From: Utricularia gibba
Lineage: Eukaryota; Plantae; Magnoliophyta
NCBI GenBank assembly: GCA_002189035.1
Contig: NEEC01000018.1
Location: 496,001-560,000, forward strand
Reading direction: 5' to 3'
DNA: 64,000 bases
Shown: positions 37,601 to 51,766 of the stretch, one piece after another
How positions within the stretch are numbered: position 1 is the stretch's first letter
Layout of the letters: the number at the start of each line of letters is the position of its first letter
Translations under genes and position numbers: made by a program
Notes under the pieces: generated by a model
What the model was told of the DNA's origin: nothing
What the model saw: the letters and a program-made list of their open reading frames with translations, nothing else
Database searches by the model: none

Positions 37601-39885
37601 CTTCTATAGGAGATATGAGATATGGATCTTCTTCATCCACATTCGACATCTCAATATGTACCAATATGAAAAAATAAAAAAAATGAAAAGAAATGCCTTC
37701 TCAAAATAAGCAAACAACAATAAAAAAAAAATTATCAAGCAATAGTAGCCATAGAATAAAATCCAAACTCCGGTGAAAGGAATATTGAGATTTCAATCCT
37801 CAAGAATCAAGTTAAGGAACATACTCAAATAAGAAGAGATTTGAGGTTAGAAACCATTAAAATCTAAAAAATCTGTTGTGAAACTAATAACACACAAATT
37901 TTCCTGTTTTTATGATATAAAAATGATAAATTTTAATTATGTTTTAGTTGCTTATGATATGAAAATGATAAATTTAGGGAATACATGAATTATGTATGCA
38001 AATGCACTAAATTATGTGATTTAGCTCATTTCATGCTATTAATCTTTTTTTGAGTCTAGCAACAAGTCACATAAATCAGGGAAAGATTACGTACAAGCAA
38101 CCATGTAGCAGAAGGAGCATCATAAAAAGAGAGGACAATGCGTACACTTCCATCAGAGTAGTCTGCAAGTCAGGGGTAGAAGCAGTTGTACTATCAGAGA
38201 TAGCACTTGCTTTGGGAAATGAGAGGAGAAGATTTTTTTTTTTTAGAAGAGATAGAATCACAAGGAAGGAGAGCTTTGGCTGTAAAGAATACATACACAA
38301 AAAAGCTCCAAGAACACCGAACAACAGGAAGAAAGAAGGAGATTATTGGGAAAGAGACTCTTCAACCTAATGAACAGCTCCAAAACCCAATTCAACGCTA
38401 CTGTTCCGAGCAGTGCACAGTAGTAGATAGAAATCAGAACTATTTTCACTTTTCTTTTCGTTTGCTAAATGTTTTAAGTTTCGATGACTGACTTTCTCAC
38501 ACTGTTTTTGTCATTTTTGCCACCTTATCTAAATGATATCATGTTTTATGTTCCACTCTTTCGAACCATTGTTCCTTGTAATTGTTGACTCACCAGTAAC
38601 CGAAACATGGAACATGAGTAACTAAACTTAAGAGATGTCTTAAAGTGTAGAATGGTGATGTGGGGCTAAGTTCATAACACAATTGATCATTGTTTCTTAA
38701 CTTTTGTTGGTATCATTCCTCAGGTAGACCTAAAGGGGGAAACGAATGGCTTCACAATTCAGATGCTTAATTTAGAGGTAGACCAACAAATCAAGATGAG
38801 AATAGTAGGTGTTAGTTGTGGATAGAACCAATAAAGTTGGGTAGATCTAGTTCTACATATTTCGCACATGGGTAAACCTAAATGTGGTATGAGTGATGAT
38901 ATCATGGACTATCTTAGTCGAAAACATGAGAAATAACCTAAATAGAACTAGGTTGTTCGAAGTTGTAAGTATAGAAACCTTGTAGATTAAATTAAGAACC
39001 TTAACACCACATCATCTTCACACCTTTGAAGCATCTTAGTGTTAATTTGTACTAGAACCAATATTTATTACTTTCAGCGTTGAGACGATATTGTTTACTG
39101 AACTTGCCTATTATTTTGAGTTTGGGGTTAGACTAAAAACAATGTTTATTTTGAATTCTGCATATCCTAAAACACTTTGCAAGTACCAATTCTTTGTGAT
39201 TGACCCCAAAATCCACTATACAAGTTTTCTAAATTTGTATTTTGTATAGATTAGGGCTTATAAATTTAGTTGATGTGAAGATTTCATTTCTTGCAATGAT
39301 TTTAGAAAATTTTCGTTTATTAGAAATACAAATGGAGAAAGTATGAGAAATAAAATCGATCCTTGTAAATACCCATTATCAATCGTAAATTCATACTATC
39401 CAGATAAGTGGGATTAACACTATCTATAATTATAACAATACTGCACTTAAAAAACTTGCCACCAAATCAAATTAGCAATAGTGGCCCTCAATTACCAAAG
39501 CACCTAGATCATCACATGCCAGTGAAAAACCTCATTTCCACACTCTTTTCAAGCTCTCGTAGCTGTGTTTACAAGTTTTAAATCATGTGAAGTCATGGCT
39601 GGGCTTGTATTGCTTTAAATAATATTGGGATTATCTTTTGATGTACCATACCCATTGACTTCTTAATGTAGAAATTAAGATGCTCTTTGCATGCACCCCG
39701 TAAATACTGCAGTCGGTGTGCACCTGGTGCATGATTTCTCATGAATCTCAAGGAATTGTGCAATCTAACTATTCGGTACATGTTTGATCATTGAAGGTTT
39801 TTCTGCTTCTATAAAATCATCTTCAGTTCATCCTGGGTTGTTACCCAGTTTTTCAATACGATTACGATGTTGTATTTTTTGTACA

Positions 39886-42800
39886 TAGTGTGGTGAGCGT
39901 GGAGGATTGACATGGCATGGAGCTCACTAATGGCTGCATCTCAGGATGACCCATACATATTGCTCAGCTCGGACTCACCAAATACAGCTCTAGTGCAAAA
40001 TCTGTTGACAATTGCAAACTACTTCGAGTGGGTGGATGGAGTCAACTTAGCTCTTCTAGCAAGAAACAAACTGAGTTTTGTTAATGGGAGCTTACCAAGA
40101 CCCTGAAGAAATGACATAAATTATAATGTCTAGAGATGTGTAGATGCCATAGTTCTTTCTAGGCTATGACATTCCATATTTTTTGACGTCATTATTGGAT
40201 TTCGATCGACTAAGACCTCTTGCGAACTCCAGGAAAGTCTTGAGAAACACTATTGGAAACATAACAATACGTTTTTTTTTCAAGACAATGTTGAAAATGT
40301 TCAACTTTAAGGAAGGGGAGTTTTCTATCTCTGAATATTATGCTTATTTAAATGGATATTGGACTGATTTGGATTTTATGTTACTTGAAGCATATGGAAG
40401 GTGTGGAAAAATAATGGAATTAACTAGATTGACTAAGTTTCTTCATGATCTTAATGATTGTTATCAAGTTCATCACGATATGATAATGGCCATTGACCCA
40501 ATGCCAAATCTTGAGATGGCATATCAATACTGTTAGATGTAGTATCCAAGATGCAACTAAAAGAATCTGAGGTGTGGTCACTAAAGGAGCATTTTATGTT
40601 TAGATTGGATTTTTTAAAGATTCTAAAAATTTCAAAGGACATGATGGAACTTGTGGAAATTGAAATCCTAAGAGGAGATTTTGCGCGAAATGCAATAAAC
40701 CTGGCCACCTTGCTGAAAGTTGCTTTCTGGATTGTTGAATGATAAGAAGCTGGATTGGTAGCATCAATAAAGGAAGAAATGCACATCAAAGGGAAAAGGG
40801 ATCACTTCACATGGAGTTTATAATGTAATTAATGCTTCTACTAAACATCAACGAGTGGGGAAAGTTTCTAATCTGAATTATTCTATATTAAACTTACCTT
40901 TGACCCAACAATTGTGCTAGCTTGAGCTTGAATGATTGAGTGGTTCTCAACAGGTTAGTATGAGAGAAAAACAATTGTCTCAAGAAAGTGGCGGAGCAAG
41001 TCAACAAAAAACATCTAGCAGGCAGTCATCACACCAAGTTCATTTTGCATTGCTAGGAGATTTATTTGGTAACTTTACAGCTTCAACAACATTTATAGAT
41101 GCATTTAACTCTATACTTCACAATTCTTAGATTATTGATTCAGGTGCAACTACACATGTTTGTCATAATCTAGCCTTATTATCCAATTTCTCTTATCATC
41201 TAAATCCTATTTCACTCCTACTTACGAATGGAAATAGTTCCAACTAAACTATATAGGAAGCAGTAAAATCTCTGAGTTCATCTATTTGTATGATATCCTT
41301 GTCGTGTCGAATTTCAATTGTAATCTAGTGTCTATTTCCAAACTCTAAGCCTTAATTGAGTTTATTTTCCTTGGTTCATGTTGTTTCCTACAGGGCCAGG
41401 TCTCTAGAAAGTTACTAGGGGTGGAAAGACTGAAGAATGGTCTTTATTATCTAAATAAAAAATCTTTTTTATCACATGTGTTGACATTATATTTTTCAGT
41501 ACTATCTAATGTGCTATTACCCTTATATGTAAACTTTTGTTTTGATGAAAGTGATCTCGTGTTTGCTGGAATATGTTATTTTTTTAGTTCAAGTAATGCA
41601 TCATATTCAAACTTATTATGGCATTGTCGCCTTGGACACGTATCCAAAAGTAAGGTTTTGCACTTGGAAGTTCTATGTTTCCTTAAGGGTGCCCTATGTG
41701 ATATTTTTGTTTAGATGTATAGATTACCATTTCATTCAAGTGCAACAAAAACTACCAATCCTTAAAATATGTTGCACTATGATCTTTGGAGTCCTTATAG
41801 AGTTCAAATTTATATTGATGCACCATATTTCCTCACTGCTGTTTATGATTTTACACGCTGCACATGGATTTTTTTGTTGTCTTCCAAAGCCAACCTTCAG
41901 TCTAGTTTCAAGTGTTTGATTCCCCTCCTTAAAAAATAGTTCAATTCAGTTGTCAAAATACCGAGAACTAATAATGGAAAGGAATTCACTAGAGGAGAAA
42001 TCAAAAGTCTATGTGAGGAGTTTGGTATTATGCAACACAATATTTGTCTATACGCATTGGAAATGAATGGTGTTGTGAAAAGAAAACATTGCTCTTTATT
42101 TGAAGTTACTAGAGCCTTGATGTTCCAAGCTCATTCACCTCCTTGTGTTTTTGGGAAGATGCTTTACTTATGGCAAACTATATAATAAATTGGTTACCTA
42201 CATTTGTCTTAGGTTGAAAGTCTCCCATTGAGGTCCTTCCGAGTGTCAAACGAAGTAGAGTGGACAAGTTGGATATGAGAGCACTTAAGTATATTTTTGT
42301 AGGTTATCTAAGTGAGGTAAAAGGGTACAAGCTTTATGATATTGTAAATAAACGAGTGATTGTATCTAGGGATTTATAATTTTTGAAGGTTTCTTTCCTT
42401 TTGCAAAATCTAATGTTAGCATCCTCATACCTAATCCCACTATTACAGCCATCATTCCTAAGTTAATGTCATCTAATTCTTTCCTCTCATCCACAATGGG
42501 AGACATATCACCAATTCCTTCTAATGATGAATGTGTTTTTCCATCAGTTATCCCCTTAATTCTATCCACAATCTCCTCCTTCACAAGCTTCTACTCCATT
42601 TTTCAGTTCCACATGCAGTCACATCTAATCCAACTAGCCTACTTGATATCTTTGAAATTTCAGATTTGGTTCCCACATCTAATCCTGCCTCTTTAGTACC
42701 TCGTCGATCACTTAAACTTTCCATACTACCAATTTGAATGCAAGATTATGTTTCTCATCTTATTGATCGATCTCCTCATACTTCTTGCCACCTCTCTCAT

Positions 42801-44010
42801 ATCCTTGGTGGCCAGCATGTGATTGTTCCACCCACTTCAATACCTCTAGAACCACATTCGTATCAGGAAGCTAAGGGTGATCCTTCCTAGGAAGAACTTA
42901 TGGCAGTAGAATTGTTTGTGCTTGAAGAAAATAAAACTTAGATCCTTATGGATCCTGCACCAAACTGCCACTTGATTGATAAAAACAAGTTGACTTCTGA
43001 TGGTGCCTTGGAATGTCATAAGGCTCAGGTAGTGGCACGAGGATATACACAACAACCTGGTTGAGATTATGATGAGCTTTTTATCCCTGTTGGCAAGTCT
43101 ATTACTATTTGGTTATTTATCTCTCTTGCGGCCTCAAAACCTTCGCATATTTATCACGTAGATATTAATAATGCTTTCCTGCATGATTTTTTGGAGCATC
43201 CCATTTACATGAGGCCCTCTGATGGTTACGATGTCCGAGATGGAAAGGTATGTATTCTACACCATTCATTATATGGTTTGAATCAAGCATCATGCAAGTG
43301 GAACTCATAGCTTTGCAAATTCATCAAATTGATCAAGGTATTTTCTTGTCTCAATGAATCTATCTGGAAAATATATAGAGTATTTTTGACCCATGCTCCA
43401 CGTTGAAAGTTGTGGATACTTCTTTGTCATGAAATTTCCAGTTCCATATGACAGTTTCTCAACTGTTTCATGACCTTAATCAATATAGGAGCTTAGTGGG
43501 TAAACTTCATTATCTTGGTTTCACTAGACTAGATATTGCAGCAATTGTTTCAGTTTATGCATGTTCATAGTCTTATTCATTGGAAGATAGCTCAAAGATT
43601 ATTAGTTGATATGAAGGGGACCTCTGATTATAGTTCATACTATAGTGCAGAGTCTTTTTCAACTGTTCAAGCTTTCTACAATTTCCATTGAGTAAGGTGT
43701 ACTTGCACCAGAAAATCTATCATTGGATACTGTATGTTTTATGGTACTCATTTAATTTCATGGAAATCTAAGAAGTAAGATACAATTTCCAAATCCTATG
43801 TAGAGACCTTGTATTGTGCTGAATGTCATTGCTGCTGAACTTCAATGAATTTCGATTTGTTAGCAGATCTTGGGTAGGGACACAATTTTCCCATTCCTCT
43901 TTGGTGTGACAATACAATTGCTCTATCCATTGCTTTGAATACAGCCTTTCATGAACATACAAAGCACATTGAAGTGGATTGTCACAATGTTCGTAACTTA
44001 TACAAAGCTA
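39886..44010 (+). mobile_element. old, heavily degenerate Ty1/copia element (same RE1-like group), 3' LTR not seen
   Basis: PBS-like TAGTGTGGTGAGCGTGGAGGA after ...GTACA (39885); gag DDPYILLSSDSP...NYFEW...ARNKLSFVNG; protease IIDSGATTH (~41130); LWHCRLGHVS (~41620); RT EPHSYQEA (~42850); RNaseH FHEHTKHIEVDCH (~43950). Confidence 0.85.
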
Positions 44011-45877
44011 AGGTGTTGTTTTTTTGTACAAGATTGATGCAATGCAATGATTTTCACTTTTTGTTTAAGTTGATGATATTTTTAATTTCTAATATCAAAA
44101 TTATTACAATTATCCAATCTTATTATTGTAATTTTTACTTTTTAATTTATTTTCCATACACACTCAATAAGAATTGAGGGTAATTGGAAATTTGTTAAAT
44201 ATTTTAGTAATTTTTTATTTTAAAATCATTTCAATTGTTTTTATTTTATAGGCATGCATACCAATGTTTTTGAAAATGCAAATCATTTATCTGGAAATTA
44301 TGCATTAAAAATGATAATAATGATTGTACATGTCTTAAAATAATTTTGGATATTTTCAATCACCAACATGATGTTACCAAATTATGCATTAAATAAAAAC
44401 ATAATTTATTTTTCTAGAAAATATTTTATGTAATAATATTTAAAAATTATTATGTTTATTTTCCAAAAATACTTAAGTCACATTGTTTTTTTTCGGTTTT
44501 TTTTTAAATTCTGAAAAATATTTTTAATTTTTTAACACATATTTTTTCGAATTTTTTACTTTGTAGACATGGTAAACCAACAATTAGTTGAATGTTAGAT
44601 ATGACATTCTTTTAATTAACAAATCACCTTCTAGTTAATTAGGAATTCGTTGAGTAGTTCTTATCTCATAAATATTTTATGGATCATGTTATATACAAAA
44701 ACTAATCTAATGTATTCAAGAGGAATAATATCATTTTGCTGATACCTTATGTGTATATACACAAGAATTGTACATCAGTATGTACCTTACTCGAATAATT
44801 ACTTAACACCCTTGATGTGCCTAGTTTCATCAGTAACTTTCGGATAGATCAACTCAGTGTATGTGAGGGGGATCTATTAGAATATTAATATGAATGTATC
44901 ATGAATAATTACAAATATTGTTATGAGTGATAGTATGTTAATGTGATATTCTTAATATTTTATTTCAACAAAATAATAAATGTTTTGAGATATTAAATAT
45001 TACAATATTTATAAAAATCATAAACAATTATTTTATATAAATAATTTAAAATTATTCATAAAATTATACATTATTTGATTTTTACTTATTTTTGTTGTTT
45101 TTATATGTTTTTAAAATCATTATGGTTTATTATATAATAATTATATTAAACAAAAGATTAATGATATAGTTAAAAATATTTTATTTCATAAAAAAGAAAT
45201 TTTAAATTATATGCATAATAAAATATTGAAAAAATGAAAAGTTAATCATTTGGTAAATAACAAAATTTGACATATAATTTACAATTTTTTATGAAATTAA
45301 GGTATTTTGTAAAAAAAAATATTCTTACATAGGTATTTTGCCAAGGGGCCACTTTTGTGTATGTTTTCAGAATACAACCGATTATTCACTTTATTGTGAT
45401 GCTCAACTCAACTGTTGCTCACTCATTTTTTGCTTTTGAAAAAAAAGGATGAAATATTATTGGTTAGGAGAGCCACACCGACGTCGTTTTGCATGTGGTA
45501 TGCGCTGTGGGCATCCTTGTTTGTAACGCTTGCATATCTTCACGCTTTCCCGCGCACCACACCATTGATTCCCACGGCTCCTCGGTGTGGGCAATGGTGT
45601 CTCTGCCCTCCGGACACCTGTCCTCGTCTCTGGATATCACCATGACCAATTTGAGTGATCGCTCAGAGTTCCCGCTGCTCGCTCCGTTTTCCGAAGGCAC
45701 CCGATCCTGGTAACGCACTTCCCATTTTCATCGCTGCACTTTCTTGATCCAGTTACTCAAACAAATTGGATTTTTCTGTTTCTCTTATATATATATAGTT
45801 TGGTTGGGTTTTGTTTTCCTAACGCCTTCTTATTCATGTTTGCTTTACTGGGAAAAGGCTTTCATTTTTCGCCTCCA

Positions 45878-48745
45878 ATGGCATCTTTGGCGACTTCCCA
45901 CTTCGTGCGTCAAGTGCATGGGCAAGAAGAATCGGGCTATACGAAAACCAACTTGGCTCTGATTGGTTTCAGGAATCAGCGAGTTGTGCAAAATCATATT
46001 GGTTTGAGAAGGGTGCGGTTGATTCCCAAGAAATCATCGAGTATATTGAAGGAATTTTCGAAATGTCCGCCACCAGGAACAATTGTTTGCGAAATGGGGA
46101 TGAAGTTGGTTTTTGTGTCAGCTGAATGTGGACCTTGGAGTAAAACTGGTGGGCTGGGTGATGTGGTTGGCGGATTGCCTCCAGCTTTGGCTGTGAGATT
46201 CAATTTTTTCTGCTTGATTTTGTTCATTCTTAGTGGGAAGGCTTTTTTTTTGTTTTCTTTATTTGTAGTTATTTACAAGGATGGCTCTGTTTGCTAACAC
46301 TTTCATGAACTTTTGGTGATGGTTTTAGGCTAATGGCCATAGAGTGATGACAGTTTCTCCTAGATATGATCAGTATAGAGATGCCTGGGATACTAGTGTT
46401 CTTGTTGAGGTTAACTCTTTTTACTATTGTTTACGACCTGCTTTTCTCTTCAAAATGGCGGACTGCTGACTGAGTCTTGGTTCTACATGCTGTAGGTGAG
46501 GGTTGGAGTCAGATTTGAGAGAGTGAGATTCTTCCACTGTTATAAAAATGGGGTTGATCGTGTTTTCCTTGATCACCCTTTGTTCTTGGAGAAGGTTTGT
46601 ATAAAGCGGTTTATTTAGTTGCTTAAGATCCAAGATTTGTTGGCTGTTTTTTCTGATTCATGATATTGTTTTAATTGGCGTTTTATGACCACTGGGAAGG
46701 TCTGGGGCAACACTAAATCCAAGATTTATGGGCCTACAGCTGGGACAGATTATGAGGATAACCAACTTCGCTTTAGCATATTGTGTCAAGTGAGTTTTTC
46801 CGGTGAACTTTGAACTTTCGAGTACAGAACATCTCTGTTGGTTGTCTCATTTTCTATCTCAAGGTATTTACAGGTATCTTTTATTCTTTTCAGGCAGCTT
46901 TAGAGGCACCCAGAGTTTTGAATTTGAATAATAGCACTTACTTAGATGGAAAATATGGTACCAATGCAATATTAACCAAAAGACTTTGCATGATGATTGA
47001 TGAAGAGACTATTTTCTGACCCTTATTCACTTTGAAAGGTGAGGATGTTGTCTTCATAGCAAATGACTGGCATACGGCGTTGCTTCCTTGCTACTTAAAA
47101 TCCATGTATCAGTCTAGGGGAATGTATAAGAATGCCAAGGTAAGATTAGGATGTGGCATCCACACTTGCGACTATTAGTCTCAGATTTTGCTTAAATTTC
47201 CAGGTTGCCTTTTGTATCCACAACATAGCATACCAGGGAAGATTTGCATTCTCAGATTTCCCTTTGCTCAACTTGCCAGATGAATACAAGAGCTCTTTTG
47301 ATTTCATGGATGGGTATGATCTACATGCAGGAAGAATCTTGGCTTTTTTGCGAATGTTGTATGATTGTTCTTACTTTATAGATATGATAGGCCTGTGAAG
47401 GGAAGGAAGATCAACTGGATGAAGGCTGGAATAATAGAGTCGCATAGAGTTGTCACCGTTAGCCCCTACTACGCCCAGGAACTAATATCTAAGCATGACA
47501 AAGGTGTGGAACTGGATAATATAATCCGTGGGCGTGGGGTAACTGGCATCACGAATGGAATGGATGTTGAGGAGTGGAATCCGGCTACTGATAAATATAT
47601 TCCGTATCATTACGGCATCGACACTGTTAGTGCATTTTTTCCCTGCTCTTCAATAAATATGCTATCAATAGAGTTCTATTCTATTTTTGCATGTGATTTG
47701 CTGTATATGGGTAACGCAGCTTACTAAGTAAGCCTTCATCAGGCTGTGGATGCCAAGCCTTTGTTGAAGGAAGCTCTTCAAGCTGCTGTTGGCCTGCCTG
47801 TGAACCGAGACATTCCCGTCATTGGATTTATTGGCAGGCTTGAAGAACAAAAAGGCTCAGATATTCTAGTTACAGCGATTTCTAAGTTCATTGAAATGAA
47901 CGTTCAAGTCATTGCTCTTGTAAGTAATCAGAGCCACTATTCTCAGATTGGTGAATAGGCCCGAGATTCATTCTGCAGGCTGCTTTTACAGGGAACTGGA
48001 AAGAAGAAGTTTGAAGAACAGATTGAGCAGCTAGATGTTCTGTATCCAAAGAAAGCCAGAGGGGTGGCTAAGTTCAATGTTCCTTTGGCTCACATGATTA
48101 CTGCGGGTGCTGATTTCATGTTGATCCCGAGCAGATTCGAGCCTTGCGGTCTGATTCAGTTACATGCCATGCGATACGGGACTGTAAGCAATCTACTTAG
48201 TACAAAAATGTCATCCCCACATCATACACATCATCCGCTTCGATGACTTGCTTGTATTTTGTGTTCGGTTCAGATTCCTGTCTGCTCTTCGACTGGTGGC
48301 CTCGTTGACACCGTGATAGATGGATACACTGGATTCCACATGGGAGACTTCAATGCTAAGGTATGGATGCGATCGTGCCTGCTTAAATCTTGTACATTCT
48401 TTTGCGAGTGACGCGTTGTTCTGATGTTACGTCGGGTTGTGCTAGTGTGAGGCAGTCGACCCAGCCGATGTAGAAAAGATTGCTAAAGCTGTGGGCAGGG
48501 CCGTGGCGTTTTATGAAAGGCCGGGCTTGAAGCAGATGATAAACAACTGCATGTCCCAAGATTTTTCCTGGAAGGTGAGGCACAAACATGGTTTGGTTTT
48601 CATTGATGGGTGGTGCATTCATTCTGGCGTACTTCAGGCACCTGCGAAAAAATGGGAGACGCTTCTACTGAGCATGGCCGTTGCCGGAAGCGAGGCCGGA
48701 GTCGAAGGCCAGGAGGCGGAGGCGGAGACTGTTGCAGCTCGTTAA
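45878..48745 (+). CDS. GBSS1: granule-bound starch synthase (waxy), 598 aa
   Basis: 13 exons: 45878-46192, 46329-46409, 46496-46594, 46700-46789, 46894-46957, 47039-47139, 47204-47313, 47382-47625, 47743-47919, 47992-48183, 48274-48360, 48446-48574, 48638-48745. Internal sizes 81/99/90/64/101/110/244/177/192/87/129 match the conserved GBSS pattern. Motifs [22 protein letters not shown]; plastid transit peptide. Confidence 0.97.
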
Positions 48746-49342
48746 GAGGGAAGGTCAATGGGACTGCGTCTGATTCCAATAAACATAATAAGAGTAGAAT
48801 GAGGGATGGATCAAGGACGGAATCAGTGTTTTCGTTAACTGAGTAAGGATCCAAATCTTAATGCCACTGGCTAGTGATCTGAATCAGTGTTAAGGGCCCT
48901 GCCTGAATCTTTTCCTTCGTTTGAGGAATCATGGACTTCAATGCATCTGTTCCCGTTCCCAGCTCTTCACCGGCCGTTTAGAAAACTCACAATCCTTTTA
49001 CATTAGGGTGGTCATTTTTTTGAGGCACTAAATCTCAAATATCCACCTTTCTAAATGTCCGAGTTCTTCGCACGTTTTGCCAAGTAACAAAGTGAGAATT
49101 ATGCACTTTTCGAAAGTGTTCAATTTAGTATTATTTTTGAAATAGGGATATCGTGAGTTTGCACTTAGCCTAGATTTAATTCATTTGTGTAATTTTAGAT
49201 GGAATTTATATATTTAAAAGATTATGCATGTTTGATACGTGAGTTAGAGGTATTCGCATTTAATTTTATTAACTCCTTATTATATTAGTTTATATTGGGA
49301 CAATGTTAATTTGTCTAGTGGGAGTTTCCTCTATGGTAACTT

Positions 49343-51381
49343 TGTTAAAAATAGCAATAGTATTGCTTGAAGATACGCAGATATATGATATGCAAATATA
49401 CAATTTCATGGCCAAGATTACATCACATTTGTTAGATTCTTTATTTAGATTTTCTTGTATCTATAAAATTGATTAGAATCTAATGAAAAACAATACTTTT
49501 GATTTTCAAAATTCTGTTATTCTCTCAATTCAACATGATATCAAAGCTATCGATCATCTATAGGTGATGATCATGAGATCCCCAAGGCAATGATAGAGGC
49601 GGGTTGTTTTTAAAACTACTCCCCTCTCATTTCTCACACACTCCATGCACAAAAACACATATAGAGTAGGTAGATTTCTCATATAATCATTTGATAAGGG
49701 GTATTTTTCAAAATCACCTGGTAGAGGCTGCTAAGAAGGCTTTTGCCGATGCCTATGAAATTGATTTGGTGGCTATACAATCCTATCATATAAATCCTGC
49801 AGCTTTTGCAAATCAGTTTTTAGGATCCATCCAACCCTTTGGGATGACGTGAAAGAGCGATTTCAGATTAGTCTCTCCATGAGTTCTTACCTCTCTAATG
49901 TACGATTTAGTGCTCATCATCATGCTTTTCTAGCTCATATTCATCAAGGACAGGAAGCTTTACGAGTGCAAAATGGCAAGAGGCGAAGAGGAAATAAATT
50001 AATGCCTTAAAAAGCGAATAACACTTGGATCTTGGTCTCTCCTCTTGGAGAAAGAATTCTTTGAATTAAGTGGATCTTTCTAATTAATTGCAATTCAGAT
50101 GGTAGCATTGAACACTACAAAGCATGCTTGGTGATCATGGGGAATACACAAGTTGAAGGCATTGATTACATAAAGACATTTGCACCTATTGCAAAAATGG
50201 TTATAATCCGGCTCTCACTAATAATTACCATCAGTTGCAATTGGGTTGTACATCAAATGAATTTGAACAATATGTTCCTGCATGGTAATCTCAACGAAGA
50301 GATGTATATGCATTTGCCTTCTGAATTTTCAAAGGGAGCAGAAGAAAAAGTGTGCAAGTTATAAAAGTCTCTCTATGGATTGCGACAACCTTCCATATGT
50401 TGGTTTCCGAGCTCACTACATCTCTTAAACAATTTGGGTTTCATGAATCCAAGTCAGATTACTTTCTTTTCCGATATCAGTTTTCAGAAGATGATTTTAT
50501 TCGTTCTCATAAACATGGATGATTTAGTCATTTTAGGCGCTCATGATGACAGAGTAAATTGCTTCAAAAAATATCTCAGCCATTGTTTTATTATCCCTAT
50601 TTTGTCTCAGTTTCTTCTCAAGCCCACTTTGAATCATTGGTCAACGGTTCTATGTGTTGTACAATATTTAAAAAGATGCTTGAGACTAGGGATTCTTCTC
50701 GAAAGATGCAGCAATATTGGATTGAAAACTTATTGTGACTCAAATTACGTAAGTTGTCCTCTCACTAGGCATTCGGTGATAAGCAATCTAGTAAAGTTTG
50801 GACGTTTCATTATCTCTTGGAAAACGAAGAAACAGCTTCCCGTTTCTTGTTCTTCTGTTGAAGCCAACTATCGCACTATGGTAATGATGGTGTACAAATT
50901 GAAGTGGCTTACAATGTTACTTGTTAATCTTGAAGAATAAAATGTAATGCCTATTCTTCGTCATAGAGACAATTAGGTGGTTATTTTAATCTCCACTAAT
51001 CTGATGTTCCATGAATACACCAAGCACATCAAAGTTGACTGTCACTTTGTTCGTGATATAATCAAATGTGGTCTAGTGGCTCCTACTCACATTCTGAAAA
51101 TCAAGCTGCCGACATGTTTACAAAGGCCTTGAGACGTCCTTTACTTCACAATCTTTTAGGTAAGCTCAATGTTCAAAATATACGCACCAACTTGAGTGGG
51201 AGGGGGGTGTTAAGAATAGTAAAAATATCGAGAGAAGATATGCAGATATACAAGATATGCGAATATACAATCTTGTGATTTACTTGATACTGTATTTAGA
51301 TTTTTTGTGTCTATATAACTGATCACAATTAATGAAGAACAATAATTTTGATTTTGGAAAGTATATTCTCTCAATTCAACA
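49343..51381 (+). mobile_element. internally deleted old Ty1/copia element (2,039 bp), canonical TG...CA
   Basis: LTRs 49343-49535 and 51208-51381, strongly diverged but sharing TGTTAA...TTCTCTCAATTCAACA; TSD AACTT at 49338-49342 and 51382-51386; decayed iMet PBS TGATATCAAAGC; PPT GGGAGGGGGG. Only RT/RNaseH remnants (GIDYIKTFAP, YCDS, AADMFTKAL). Confidence 0.9.
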
Positions 51382-51746
51382 AACTTCCTACATAGAACAC
51401 CATAAAGAGGTCAAGAGTGCAATTTTGAAGTACAAAGTAAGTGCATGCAAAGCAATTCATAATACTCTAGATAAGAATTAAGGGTGAATATTCTAAGGTG
51501 CCTTCTTTGTATAAATACTCCAGTATGAAAAATGATTTTGTTGAATACTCCTAAATTTTACTATCTTCGTTTAATACTCTTTTTATTTTTTTATTTTATA
51601 AATACCTTAAATAATATATATATGTATATATACACAAATATTCTTAATGAATATATAAAAAATATTTAATGATATAGAGACAAATTATTTAAGGAATTAT
51701 AAAATTATAATCTATAAATACTAAATTATTTCGAAAACTAAATTAA

Positions 51747-51766
51747 TATATATATATATATATATA
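51747..51766. repeat. (AT)n microsatellite
   Basis: Direct reading; a similar tract lies at about 54183-54202. Confidence 0.8.

Noticed and set aside
38600-39330. Possible Athila-like LTR fragment
   Set aside because: Resemblance rests on one degenerate motif near 39190; no PBS, partner LTR or TSD.
46685-46699. Purine-rich acceptor (CTGGGAAG) before GBSS exon 4 as a possible defect
   Set aside because: AG is intact and the exon is exactly the conserved 90 nt.
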